Assembly: GCA_038883775.1 (NCBI GenBank) | Contig: JAVZLM010000006.1 | Coordinates: forward strand, 95,544-159,543 | From: Candidatus Bathyarchaeia archaeon | GTDB lineage: Archaea > Thermoproteota > Bathyarchaeia > Bathyarchaeales > Bathycorpusculaceae | Length of the DNA: 64,000 bases | Direction: 5' to 3' | In this document: in pieces, positions 55,674-64,000 of the stretch | How positions within the stretch are numbered: position 1 is the stretch's first letter | Layout: the number at the start of each line of letters is the position of its first letter | The notes under the pieces: model-generated | What the model was told of the DNA's origin: nothing | The model's database searches: none | What the model saw: only the letters and a program-made list of their open reading frames with translations | Translations under genes and position numbers: made by a program

Positions 55674-56675
55674 ATGAAGCATTTTGATTTAGAGGAAGAA
55701 AGAGTTAAACAGGAAATCCTCAAACTTGGTGCAAAACGGGTTCTGATTCAACTACCCGAAGGCTTGAAACCAGAAGCGCCATACCTATCCAAAATTGTTG
55801 AAAAGGCTGGCGCATTACCAATAGTTTCTGCAGACCCATGCTATGGCGCCTGCGACCTTGCAGCAGCGGATGCTGAAGCCTTAGGCGTTGACTTAATAGT
55901 TCATTATGGGCATTCGAAAATGTTGAAGTATGAAAAGGTTCCCACAGTTTACATCGAAGCAAGGGCTACGCTAAATGTGGAAGACGTTGTAGAAAAATCA
56001 TTGCCTATGCTGGAAAAATGGCGCAAAATAGGTTTAACAACAACAGTTCAGCACGTACAAACCTTTGACGTTGTTAGGGAAATGCTATTGCGGGCGGGAA
56101 AAGTTGTGGCAATTGGCGATGCTGGACGCTTAAATTATGCTGGACAAGTTGTCGGCTGCGATTATAGCAACGCAAAATCCATAGCAGATGGTGTTGAAGC
56201 CTTCCTTTTTATCGGAGGCGGGCGTTTTCATGCCTTAGGTGTTGCTCTTTCCACTTCAAAACCAACAATAGCTGCTGACCCCTATGAAAAGAGAGTTTTT
56301 TCTGTTAATGAGGATGCAGAGAAGATAGTTAAGCAGCGTTGGGCATGCATTCAAGAGGCTGAAAAGGCGAAAAGTTTTGCTGTTTTGGTTGGATTAAAAC
56401 CAGGGCAAAGGAGACTTGAAGAAGCCTTTATGATTAAACGGAAACTTGAAGATAAAGGGAAAACAGTTTGCCTTTTAACAGCTAAAGAGATTTGTCCAGA
56501 GGCGTTAATGGAGTTTCCTTCGGTTGATGTTTTTGTAAACACTGCTTGTCCAAGGGTTTCTATTGATGATTCTACAAGATTTAAGAAGCCATTGTTAACA
56601 ATTAATGAGGCTTTGGTGGTTGTCGGAGAATTGTCATGGGAAGAGTTATGCAAAAAAGGCTGGTTCGAAAACTAG
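55674..56675 (+). CDS. dph2: diphthamide biosynthesis protein Dph2
   Basis: 'QLPEGLK', 'CYGACD', 'GQVVGC', 'ACPR'. Confidence 0.95.
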   Translation: MKHFDLEEERVKQEILKLGAKRVLIQLPEGLKPEAPYLSKIVEKAGALPIVSADPCYGACDLAAADAEALGVDLIVHYGHSKMLKYEKVPTVYIEARATLNVEDVVEKSLPMLEKWRKIGLTTTVQHVQTFDVVREMLLRAGKVVAIGDAGRLNYAGQVVGCDYSNAKSIADGVEAFLFIGGGRFHALGVALSTSKPTIAADPYEKRVFSVNEDAEKIVKQRWACIQEAEKAKSFAVLVGLKPGQRRLEEAFMIKRKLEDKGKTVCLLTAKEICPEALMEFPSVDVFVNTACPRVSIDDSTRFKKPLLTINEALVVVGELSWEELCKKGWFEN

Positions 56676-57331
56676 ACTTGGAGCTATTCCTTTCACAGAT
56701 TACGCCACCTCCAACCCCTAAACCAAGTCTTGAGCAGTATACGATTCCAGCCGATGTTGCAGCAACGATGCTTTACATGGCGGCTTACACATACAATGAT
56801 ATTATTAACAAAACAGTTTTGGATTTGGGATGTGGCACTGGAAGGCTTGCTCTCGGCGCTGCTTTCTTGGGTGCAAAACATGTTGTAGGCGTGGATATAG
56901 ACAAAAGTGCGGTGAAGATGGCTTTTGAAAATTCTTTGAAAACAAATTTGAAAGGAAAAGTGGAGTGGATTGTTGGAGACATAGATGTTATGCATGGAAA
57001 GTTTGACACCGTTTTGCAAAATCCGCCTTTTGGTGTGCAAAAGCCAAAGGCTGACCGAAAATTTCTCAAGAAAGCTTTGGAAACGGGCAAAGTTGTTTAT
57101 TCACTTCACAAAAGCCCATATAAAGATAAGGCATTTGTCAAAAAATTAAAAGCCAGAAAAAACGGTATCATACTAGCCGCTCCCTCCCCCTTCTTTGAAA
57201 AGTTTATAGAAACGCATGGTGGGAAAATTAGGGCTGTTTACGTCACAGTTATGACGATTCCGCACATATTTCCTTTTCATACAAAAAAGAAGCACGAGTT
57301 TGTGGCTGAATTATATGTTATAGAAAGTTAG
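56648..57331 (+). CDS. METTL5-like (COG2263) RNA methyltransferase
   Basis: 'LEQY.IP', 'DLGCGTG.L', 'NPPFG', 'FHTK'. Confidence 0.9.
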   Translation: MQKRLVRKLDLELFLSQITPPPTPKPSLEQYTIPADVAATMLYMAAYTYNDIINKTVLDLGCGTGRLALGAAFLGAKHVVGVDIDKSAVKMAFENSLKTNLKGKVEWIVGDIDVMHGKFDTVLQNPPFGVQKPKADRKFLKKALETGKVVYSLHKSPYKDKAFVKKLKARKNGIILAAPSPFFEKFIETHGGKIRAVYVTVMTIPHIFPFHTKKKHEFVAELYVIES

Positions 57332-57383
57332 AGAATCAAAAGGTTTATTGAGGTGGCATAGAAAAGTAGAGTGCTGGTTTAAA

Positions 57384-57965
57384 ATGAATGCAATGTCATC
57401 TGAAAGGGAAAGCGGAAAATTTGTGTTGCCCGGCGAACGTTTAGGTGTTATTGAAGAGTTTATTCCAGACGCTGGAACCTATGTTTTGGATGGAGTTATC
57501 CACTCCAAAATTGTCGGACGGGCTTTACTTGACTTTTTGAATAAACGTGTTTCCGTTTACCCCTTGATTCGCGGAGCTAGAATCCCAAAGGTTGGAAGCA
57601 TAGTGATGGCTCAAGTTTCAACTGTCCAAACCGAAAATGCTGGCGTGCGGATTTTTAAGATAGGCAATAACTCTCTATCGGGCTTTTTCTCTGGCGTCCT
57701 TCACATTTCTGACGTGCAGCAAACCTATGTTAAGTCAATGTTTGATGTATGCAAACCTGGTGACATCCTTAGAGCTAAAGTTATCAGCGAAAAAAACCGC
57801 GTTTACCATCTTTCCACTAAAGACAAGGAGTTAGGTGTGGTTTATGCCTTTTGTTCCCAGTGCGGTTACATGTTAGAATTGAAACGTCATGTTATGCGTT
57901 GTCTTAGGTGCGGAAAAATTGAAAAGCGCAAAATTGCTTTAGATTACGGAAAGGGAATAGTGTAA
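57384..57965 (+). CDS. csl4: exosome RNA-binding protein Csl4
   Basis: 'VLPGE.LGVIEEF.P..GTY', S1 domain, 'GDILRAKV', Zn ribbon CSQC...CLRC..EKRK. Confidence 0.93.
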   Translation: MNAMSSERESGKFVLPGERLGVIEEFIPDAGTYVLDGVIHSKIVGRALLDFLNKRVSVYPLIRGARIPKVGSIVMAQVSTVQTENAGVRIFKIGNNSLSGFFSGVLHISDVQQTYVKSMFDVCKPGDILRAKVISEKNRVYHLSTKDKELGVVYAFCSQCGYMLELKRHVMRCLRCGKIEKRKIALDYGKGIV

Positions 57966-57986
57966 AAGCAAAAGGAGAAATACAAT

Positions 57987-58271
57987 TTGAAAATCAAAAC
58001 TTTGAAAAAAACCTCCAATGAGCTTAAAATAGAGGTTGAAGGTGTTGGGCATACCCTCTGCAACCTGTTGCAAAAACGCCTTTTAGAAGATGAAAATGTT
58101 GATTTGGCTGGGTATGATATACCCCACCCTTTAGCCTCAAACTCTATAATTTATGTTCGAACAAAGGGAAACGTGAAACCTGAAGAGGCTTTGCTGAAGG
58201 CTTTGGAAAAGGCTCGTGAAATGAACGAGAAATTTAGGAAGGAAGTTGAAAAAGCGTTTAAGAAAATTTAA
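57987..58271 (+). CDS. rpoL: RNA polymerase subunit L (Rpo11)
   Basis: 'GHTLCNLL', 'AGYDIPHPL'. Confidence 0.95.
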   Translation: MKIKTLKKTSNELKIEVEGVGHTLCNLLQKRLLEDENVDLAGYDIPHPLASNSIIYVRTKGNVKPEEALLKALEKAREMNEKFRKEVEKAFKKI

Positions 58272-58668
58272 CTCTCTTCTTTATCATCATTAATAGTTGA
58301 GTTAAGGCATCAACCAAATCAGCATTCTTCTCCAAGATTGCAACATTTTCTTCCCATGTAATGCAGTTACAAAGCCAAGCATAAACGATTAGCGCTTCTG
58401 CTGCATCCGCCAGCAAATGCCTCGTCATCCTTGAAGGTAAATACCTTCTTAATCCAGCCTTCCTAAGCGCTTCAGAAAGCACCGTTCCTTTAACTCTTTC
58501 CCCAGAAGGTTTTCCCTTTCTTTTTGACAAAGCTAATGAATAAACAAAGTTTATGTATGCATCTCCAAGCGACGCCAAATCATGGTCCACAAGCACCTCT
58601 TTTAGGCTTCCATAAGATTTTGTGAACAAAAGTGCTCTTTTGTTTTCTTTCAAACTAAACGCATCCAA
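58258..58668 (-). CDS. archaeal ribonuclease III-like family protein
   Basis: 'LASLGDAYINF.YSLA', 'ADAAEALI.YAW' RNase III signature. Confidence 0.8.
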   Translation of the reverse strand: MDAFSLKENKRALLFTKSYGSLKEVLVDHDLASLGDAYINFVYSLALSKRKGKPSGERVKGTVLSEALRKAGLRRYLPSRMTRHLLADAAEALIVYAWLCNCITWEENVAILEKNADLVDALTQLLMMIKKRVKFS

Positions 58669-58752
58669 GCTGCTTTAACTCTTTTATTAGATTTTCACTA
58701 AACTTATAATGTTTCTCTCCTATAATTTTGTTTTAAACAGAGTGGAAAGGTT

Positions 58753-59340
58753 TTGGCTGTTAAAAAATTTCGCATAATCAAACCCGAAATCCGCGTGTTA
58801 GGAGTGGACGACGGAGTATTCGCTCCCCGTTCAAAGGGTTTGGTGCCAATTGTGGGAGTGGTTTTTAGAGGCGGTTACTGGCTTGACGGAGTAATGCACG
58901 CCAACGTGAAAGTAGATGGTTTAGATGCTACAAAAAAGATAACGTCTATGATAATCAGTTCGTCACATTATAAGCAATTGCGGGTTATAATGCTTAATGG
59001 AATAACTTTTGCAGGCTTTAACGTTGTAGACATAAAAGAACTTAATGCCAAAACAAAACTTCCAGTCATAGCCGTAACACGAGAAAAACCAAACTTTGAA
59101 GAAATCCGTGAAGCCTTGAAAAATCTGCCGAAAAGCGAAGAACGCTGGAAAGCGGTAGAAAATGCTGGAGAAGTGTATGAAGTGTTCACTAGAAATGAAA
59201 AAGAGAAAATCTACATGCAAATTTCTGGAATACTCGAAGAAGACGCTAAGAAAATTTTGCAGCTAACCTCCACAAGAAGCAATATTCCCGAAGCCTTACG
59301 TGTAGCCCACTTAATCGCTTCTGGAATAACCGCCATTTAG
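58753..59340 (+). CDS. DUF99 family (endonuclease dU) protein
   Basis: 'IKPEIRVLGVDDG', 'VDGLDAT', 'GFNVVD', 'IPEALRVAHLIASG'. Confidence 0.9.
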   Translation: MAVKKFRIIKPEIRVLGVDDGVFAPRSKGLVPIVGVVFRGGYWLDGVMHANVKVDGLDATKKITSMIISSSHYKQLRVIMLNGITFAGFNVVDIKELNAKTKLPVIAVTREKPNFEEIREALKNLPKSEERWKAVENAGEVYEVFTRNEKEKIYMQISGILEEDAKKILQLTSTRSNIPEALRVAHLIASGITAI

Positions 59341-59420
59341 CCTCAATCCTTATTATTACAAGAAAAGGTTTAAAAGGGACAATGTTAAGGGAAAACAAAC
59401 GGACAACGGAGTAAAAAAGC

Positions 59421-59774
59421 ATGGAATTTTGTCCAAAATGCGGTTCGCGTTTGGTGCCTAAAAAGAAGAAAACAGGTAAAGAATCATCTTTGGCGCTGGT
59501 TTGCCCCAAGTGTGGTTATAGAAAAAAGGAATCGAGCGAAAAAGTTGAGCCGAAAGTTGCAAAGGTTATACAGCATAAGCCGCAAGAACTTGTGGCAGTA
59601 ATAAGCAAGGAAGAACAGAAACTGCGAACATTACCAACCGTTAGAGTTGAATGTCCAAAATGCGGAAACAATTTAGCCTACGTCTGGCAAGTTCAAACGA
59701 GAGGAGCCGATGAATCATCGACACAGTTTCTGCGTTGCACAAAATGCGGCTACACCTTCAGAGAATACAGCTAA
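59421..59774 (+). CDS. tfs: transcription factor S (TFS/RpoM)
   Basis: Two Zn ribbons; 'QTRGADE..T.F..C..C'. Confidence 0.95.
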   Translation: MEFCPKCGSRLVPKKKKTGKESSLALVCPKCGYRKKESSEKVEPKVAKVIQHKPQELVAVISKEEQKLRTLPTVRVECPKCGNNLAYVWQVQTRGADESSTQFLRCTKCGYTFREYS

Positions 59775-59841
59775 ACATTGTGCATTTAGGTGAAAATATT
59801 AACACGTAAACTTAATTATAACAGAATTAAAGGGAATATAA

Positions 59842-60157
59842 TTGAATGTTGGAGCTTGCGTGTTTATTGTGGTTTTTGTCAAGCTTTTAGACTGGACCAA
59901 AACAGATGCCTAGGATGCGAGTGGGCTAACAAACTGCTGAGAAAAACAAGAGAAAACAAGAAGGGTTGCATCTTCTTTGAGTCGCTCAAGGCAGAGGTGT
60001 TAAGTGCTATTTTCAATGCAAAGATTTTCCATGCGAAACACATTATGACCCAGAGGAAGCAGTTTACACAAAACGAGCCTTAGACATGTGGAAAGAATTG
60101 GAAAAAGCTGGACTAATTTTTGGTGGAAAAAGAAGAAACTTGAAGCTGAAAGTTTAA
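59842..60157 (+). pseudogene. DUF3795-like Cys-rich protein with two frameshifts
   Basis: Reconstructed 'MNVGAC[G]VYCGFC...CLGC...CIFFE[C]AQGRGVKCYFQCKDFPC...'; single-base losses near 59860 and 59981. Confidence 0.75.
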
Positions 60158-60210
60158 TATGTAAAGTCTTTTATTAGCAACTAAACATAACATCTAAAAG
60201 GAGACCAGTC

Positions 60211-60966
60211 ATGTTCAAAATCAAAATGGCTGATGCCAAACTTCTAAGAGACATGATAACAGCAATCTCCATCCTCGTAGACGAAGCCACATTCAAAATA
60301 GACCCCGAAGGCATAAAACTTCGAGCAATGGACCCATCCCGCGTTGCTATGGTTGATTTTGAATGGCCCAAAACAGTTTTTGATGAGTACGCAGTCACGG
60401 AACCAACAAAAATGTGCATAAACATAAGCGAACTTTTAAAACTGCTCAAAAGAGCAGGCAAAGATGAAGTTGTGGAACTTTCCCTCGACGAAAAAACTGG
60501 CAAACTACAAGTAAAAATTTCTGGGAAATACGCTCGGAACTTTACTATGCCAACCCTTGAGGCCTCTGAGGAAGAGGTTCCAACACCAAAAATACCTTTC
60601 AATGTTAAAGCAAAAGCCACAACCCAAGGATTAAGCCAAGCCATTGAAGATGCCCAACTTGTAAGCGACCATGTCAGAATCGAAGCGGACAATGAAAAAC
60701 TTGTTTTAAATGCCGCGGGCGACCTTATGGGTGCAACCATAACCCTTCAAAAGGGAAGCGACGCCCTCCTCGATTTAGAAGCAAAAGAACCTTCAAAGGC
60801 AACCTTCAGCCTAAGTTACCTTTCCGAAATTATAAAAGAGGCATCTGCAACATCCGACATTGCAACATTAGAATTTTCCACAGATATGCCAATAAAATTA
60901 GATTTCCAACAAGCCAAAGAAGGAAAACTAACCTTCTATCTGGCGCCGAGAATCGAAACCGAATAA
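60211..60966 (+). CDS. pcn: DNA polymerase sliding clamp PCNA
   Basis: 'LRAMDPSRVAMVD', 'FSLSYL', 'FYLAPRIE'. Confidence 0.97.
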   Translation: MFKIKMADAKLLRDMITAISILVDEATFKIDPEGIKLRAMDPSRVAMVDFEWPKTVFDEYAVTEPTKMCINISELLKLLKRAGKDEVVELSLDEKTGKLQVKISGKYARNFTMPTLEASEEEVPTPKIPFNVKAKATTQGLSQAIEDAQLVSDHVRIEADNEKLVLNAAGDLMGATITLQKGSDALLDLEAKEPSKATFSLSYLSEIIKEASATSDIATLEFSTDMPIKLDFQQAKEGKLTFYLAPRIETE

Positions 60967-60967
60967 T

Positions 60968-62020
60968 GTGAAAAAGATGCAAATTGCCACAGTTCACTTC
61001 ACCAAAAATGATTTAGCAAAATACCCATTCCTCAAAGAAACAGCAGAATACGTTAAGAAATTAGATTTAAAAATTGAAGACTTAACAAACCCAGAATTCT
61101 CTACCATTCTTGAACGTGCGAAAGAAAGGGTTGAAGAAGCAATATTATATGCTCTAGTGAGCAGAAAACTCCGCAATGAAGAAATCGAAATACTATCCTT
61201 TCCAGTTGCAATCATGCTGACAATTGCGACAGAAAACTCTTTCATCAAAAAGAGATACGCCCTAGCAGAAGCAAAACAAGCCTACAATGACATAAAAACA
61301 GAAACAAAAGAAAGAATTCTGGCCATAGCACAAAATTTCAACTGGAAATTTGCTTTAAACCTAGATGCTAACATTCCTTACGAATTTAAGCTTCACTTTA
61401 CAGACTACCTAAAGAACACAACGCAGCTTCGAGACAAGAAATGGAAACTCGTAAACCGTCTTCTAACAAACGGCTATGTTTACCTAACCAAAACCGAAAC
61501 TGCAAGACTCCTAAGCGAAGAAGTCAGAAGACAAATTGAAAAAAGACTAAACGTAAAAGAGCTACACGAATTTCCACCAACCATAACGAATATTGCAGAA
61601 AAAATAAAGAGCTTGTCCGTTGAAAAGATAGGCAAAGCAGAAATGGAAGGTTTCCCAAAAACAATAGTCCAACCAGCCTTTCCGCCGTGCATAAAAAACC
61701 TTTACCAATCCGTCTCATCTGGACGGCATCTCCCCCACATAGGAAGATTCACCCTCACAGCTTTTCTCATAAACATCGGAATGCCACCGGAAAACGTCAT
61801 AGACCTATTCAAAAACTTCTCTGACTACGACCAGAGAATGACCAGTTACCAAGTAGAACACATAGCAGGCGAAAGGGGCTCCAGAACCCGCTACATTCCA
61901 CCAAAATGCGACACGCTAAGAACTCATGGGGTATGCGTAAATTCAGATGAAATTTGTCAAAAAATACGTCACCCATTAGCCTACTATCGAAGGAAAATAA
62001 AAAACCCAAGTATCTCTTAA
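60968..62020 (+). CDS. priL: DNA primase large subunit PriL
   Basis: 'KYPFL', 'FPPCI', 'H.GRF', 'YQVEHI.G', 'Y.PP.C..L...G.C...C...HPL.YY'. Confidence 0.95.
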   Translation: MKKMQIATVHFTKNDLAKYPFLKETAEYVKKLDLKIEDLTNPEFSTILERAKERVEEAILYALVSRKLRNEEIEILSFPVAIMLTIATENSFIKKRYALAEAKQAYNDIKTETKERILAIAQNFNWKFALNLDANIPYEFKLHFTDYLKNTTQLRDKKWKLVNRLLTNGYVYLTKTETARLLSEEVRRQIEKRLNVKELHEFPPTITNIAEKIKSLSVEKIGKAEMEGFPKTIVQPAFPPCIKNLYQSVSSGRHLPHIGRFTLTAFLINIGMPPENVIDLFKNFSDYDQRMTSYQVEHIAGERGSRTRYIPPKCDTLRTHGVCVNSDEICQKIRHPLAYYRRKIKNPSIS

Positions 62021-62094
62021 AGTAATAGTGGAACGTGGTAGCTTTTATATACGCATGCGAATTTAATAAAAATATTTACGAGGAGAACGTGTAA

Positions 62095-62841
62095 TTGATT
62101 TTTCAACGAGTGGAAGGAAACGTTAATATAAATGCCAAAGTGGGAATAATCCTCCCCACTTATTGTGAAGCGCAAAACATTGGAAAGCTGATTCACGAAA
62201 TCGAATTTCTAAACTTGGATACTGTTATATTAGTTATAGATGACTCGAGTAATGATGGAACGGCAGAAATTGTAAGGGGTCTTCAAAAAAAGTACAATAA
62301 CATCTTACTTTTTGTTAGACCTAAAAAATCGGGTCTTGGGACGGCTATAACGGATGGGTTTAAAATATTTATGTCGCTTATGAATCATCCTGAATATGTG
62401 ATTACCATGGATGCTGATTATTCGCATAATCCTCAAGAGATTCCAAAGCTGATTGAATCGATGATGCATTCAGACCTTGTTGTTGGAAGTCGATACTGTT
62501 CAGGTGGTGTCACAGTGAACTGGAGTATAATTAGGTTAGCGATAAGTAAAATAGCTAATTTAATCGCAAAATTTAGGATTAAAGCAAAAATATCCGACTA
62601 CACAAGTGGAATGCGCTGTTACTCAATGAGGCTTCTTCAAAGTATAACCAAAGACCTGCACAGCCAAACATATGAGATACAGATAGAAACCATTAGACAA
62701 GCAGTACTTCGAGGGTTTAAGATAAAAGAAGCGCCAATAACCTTCATAAATCGTAAAAAGGGAAAATCAAAGTTAACCATTAACGAGATAAAAGAATTTC
62801 TCTCCTACATTTTATTCTTTAATCGGAAACATTCAAATTAA
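62095..62841 (+). CDS. GT2 polyprenol-phosphate mannosyltransferase (DPM1-like)
   Basis: 'PTY.E..NI', 'IDDSS.DGT', 'MDADYSH.P', 'GSRY', 'D.TSG.R'. Confidence 0.9.
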   Translation: MIFQRVEGNVNINAKVGIILPTYCEAQNIGKLIHEIEFLNLDTVILVIDDSSNDGTAEIVRGLQKKYNNILLFVRPKKSGLGTAITDGFKIFMSLMNHPEYVITMDADYSHNPQEIPKLIESMMHSDLVVGSRYCSGGVTVNWSIIRLAISKIANLIAKFRIKAKISDYTSGMRCYSMRLLQSITKDLHSQTYEIQIETIRQAVLRGFKIKEAPITFINRKKGKSKLTINEIKEFLSYILFFNRKHSN

Positions 62842-62903
62842 CTAAATTTGTGCTTCATTTTATATTTTCAAAATATTTATTTTAAGGAGTATGTGATGAT
62901 AAG

Positions 62904-64000
62904 ATGAGAGCTCTGAAAATTACCATAGAAGAACTGGAGACATGGCTTAGTATTAAAATCGGTGGCATAGAGCGCAGTTATATTTTTTTGGTAGTTCTTA
63001 TAATAATATATGGCATCATTTTTTCTAATTTGACCATACTCAGGTATTACGCTTTTAAGACACGCGCATGGGACCTAGGCATTTTTACACAGTCCCTATG
63101 GACTACCTTATACGCCGATCGGTTCTTCTATCATACATGCGAAATTTTCGTCAATCCAAGCGGCAGTTTCTTTGGGGTTCATTTTAGTCCAATTTTATTT
63201 CTGATATTGCCTTTTTATAGAGTCTATACTGCTCCGGAAACCTTGCTAGTGCTTCAATCGTTTGTTATCGCCTTGGCGGCTTTGCCTATTTACAAGCTCG
63301 CAAAAGATTATAACCGTAGCAAACTTGCTGGTTTAACTTTTGCTTTTGCGTATTTAATGTATCCCGCTATACAATGGGTGAACTGGTATGACTTTCATGT
63401 GCAAGCGTTTCTACCCCTTTTTTTTACCTTTGCCATTTACTATGCAACAAAGGAGAACTGGGGCAAATACTTCCTATTCTTGATTTTTTCTTTGATGTGC
63501 GAAGAACATGTTGCATTCATTACATTTTTTATCGGTTTGTACATAGCATGGAAGTATAGAAGGAATATTATTTTGGCGGTTAAAAAGAAAAAGTTTTCAA
63601 GGGAAATAAAGGTTACCTTACTCACAATGGTAATAAGCGTTGTCTGGTACTGGTTTACTCTTTGGCAACGTGACACATTTTTCCCGATCAATCCAATTGC
63701 CGCCTCTGAATTTTTTGGGGCGGCAAATTTCACAATTTTGGGGGCAGGGGATCCCTTAGAAATACCCTTAATGATTATACTAAGACCACTAAATGCTATC
63801 CATGCTTTAATATATAATGGGCATATGAAGCTACTCTTTATTTTTCTGACTTTTAGTCCTCTCTCATTTTATTCATTCAAAAGAATTTCAGCTTTAATAC
63901 CTACGATTCCTTGGTTTGTCTTTTCTTTAATGTCACAAACGACGGTTCATTATATTCTCGGTAATCAATATCCCGCGTATATTACTGCTTTCATTTTTAT
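62904..64000 (+). CDS. DUF2079 family multi-TM protein (GT-C-like), runs off window end
   Basis: Hand translation: 'AWDLGIFTQSLW', 'GVHFSPILF', 'PETLLVLQS', 'YDFH'; absent from the ORF track, consistent with no stop in the window. Confidence 0.85.
   Translation, partial: MRALKITIEELETWLSIKIGGIERSYIFLVVLIIIYGIIFSNLTILRYYAFKTRAWDLGIFTQSLWTTLYADRFFYHTCEIFVNPSGSFFGVHFSPILFLILPFYRVYTAPETLLVLQSFVIALAALPIYKLAKDYNRSKLAGLTFAFAYLMYPAIQWVNWYDFHVQAFLPLFFTFAIYYATKENWGKYFLFLIFSLMCEEHVAFITFFIGLYIAWKYRRNIILAVKKKKFSREIKVTLLTMVISVVWYWFTLWQRDTFFPINPIAASEFFGAANFTILGAGDPLEIPLMIILRPLNAIHALIYNGHMKLLFIFLTFSPLSFYSFKRISALIPTIPWFVFSLMSQTTVHYILGNQYPAYITAFIF

Noticed and set aside
60174-60740. 188-aa antisense ORF (representative of many shadow ORFs in the track)
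   Set aside because: Lies opposite PCNA, has atypical Ser-rich composition and no motifs.
63440-63733. 97-aa minus-strand ORF
   Set aside because: Antisense to the DUF2079-like gene that runs off the window end.

Overview
Archaeal chromosomal window of mostly housekeeping genes. PolD DP1+DP2, Elf1, group II GGGP synthase, Pus10, RpoF/RpoL/TFS, PCNA and PriL point to a TACK archaeon, probably Bathyarchaeia-like (inference). It contains the replication origin: cdc6/orc1 beside an AT-rich intergenic region with three ORB elements. The best candidate for an undescribed system is a cassette of three uncharacterised genes next to oriC: a soluble winged-helix protein, a membrane-anchored coiled-coil winged-helix protein and a helical HTH-like protein. 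It is interleaved with dense TGTGA(A/T) repeat arrays and may be an origin-tethering or segregation module. Other highlights: a ~5.1 kb island bounded by a 13-bp duplication of the tRNA-Ser 3' end and carrying microprotein genes absent from the ORF track; a minimal SerK-like ParB-fold gene overlapping a CysM-type cysteine synthase; a double-guide C/D box sRNA predicted to target 23S helix 90; an intron-containing tRNA-Ser(CGA); and several frameshifted accessory genes. No CRISPR array, rRNA, transposase or intein was seen. All family assignments come from motif recognition by eye, not database searches.
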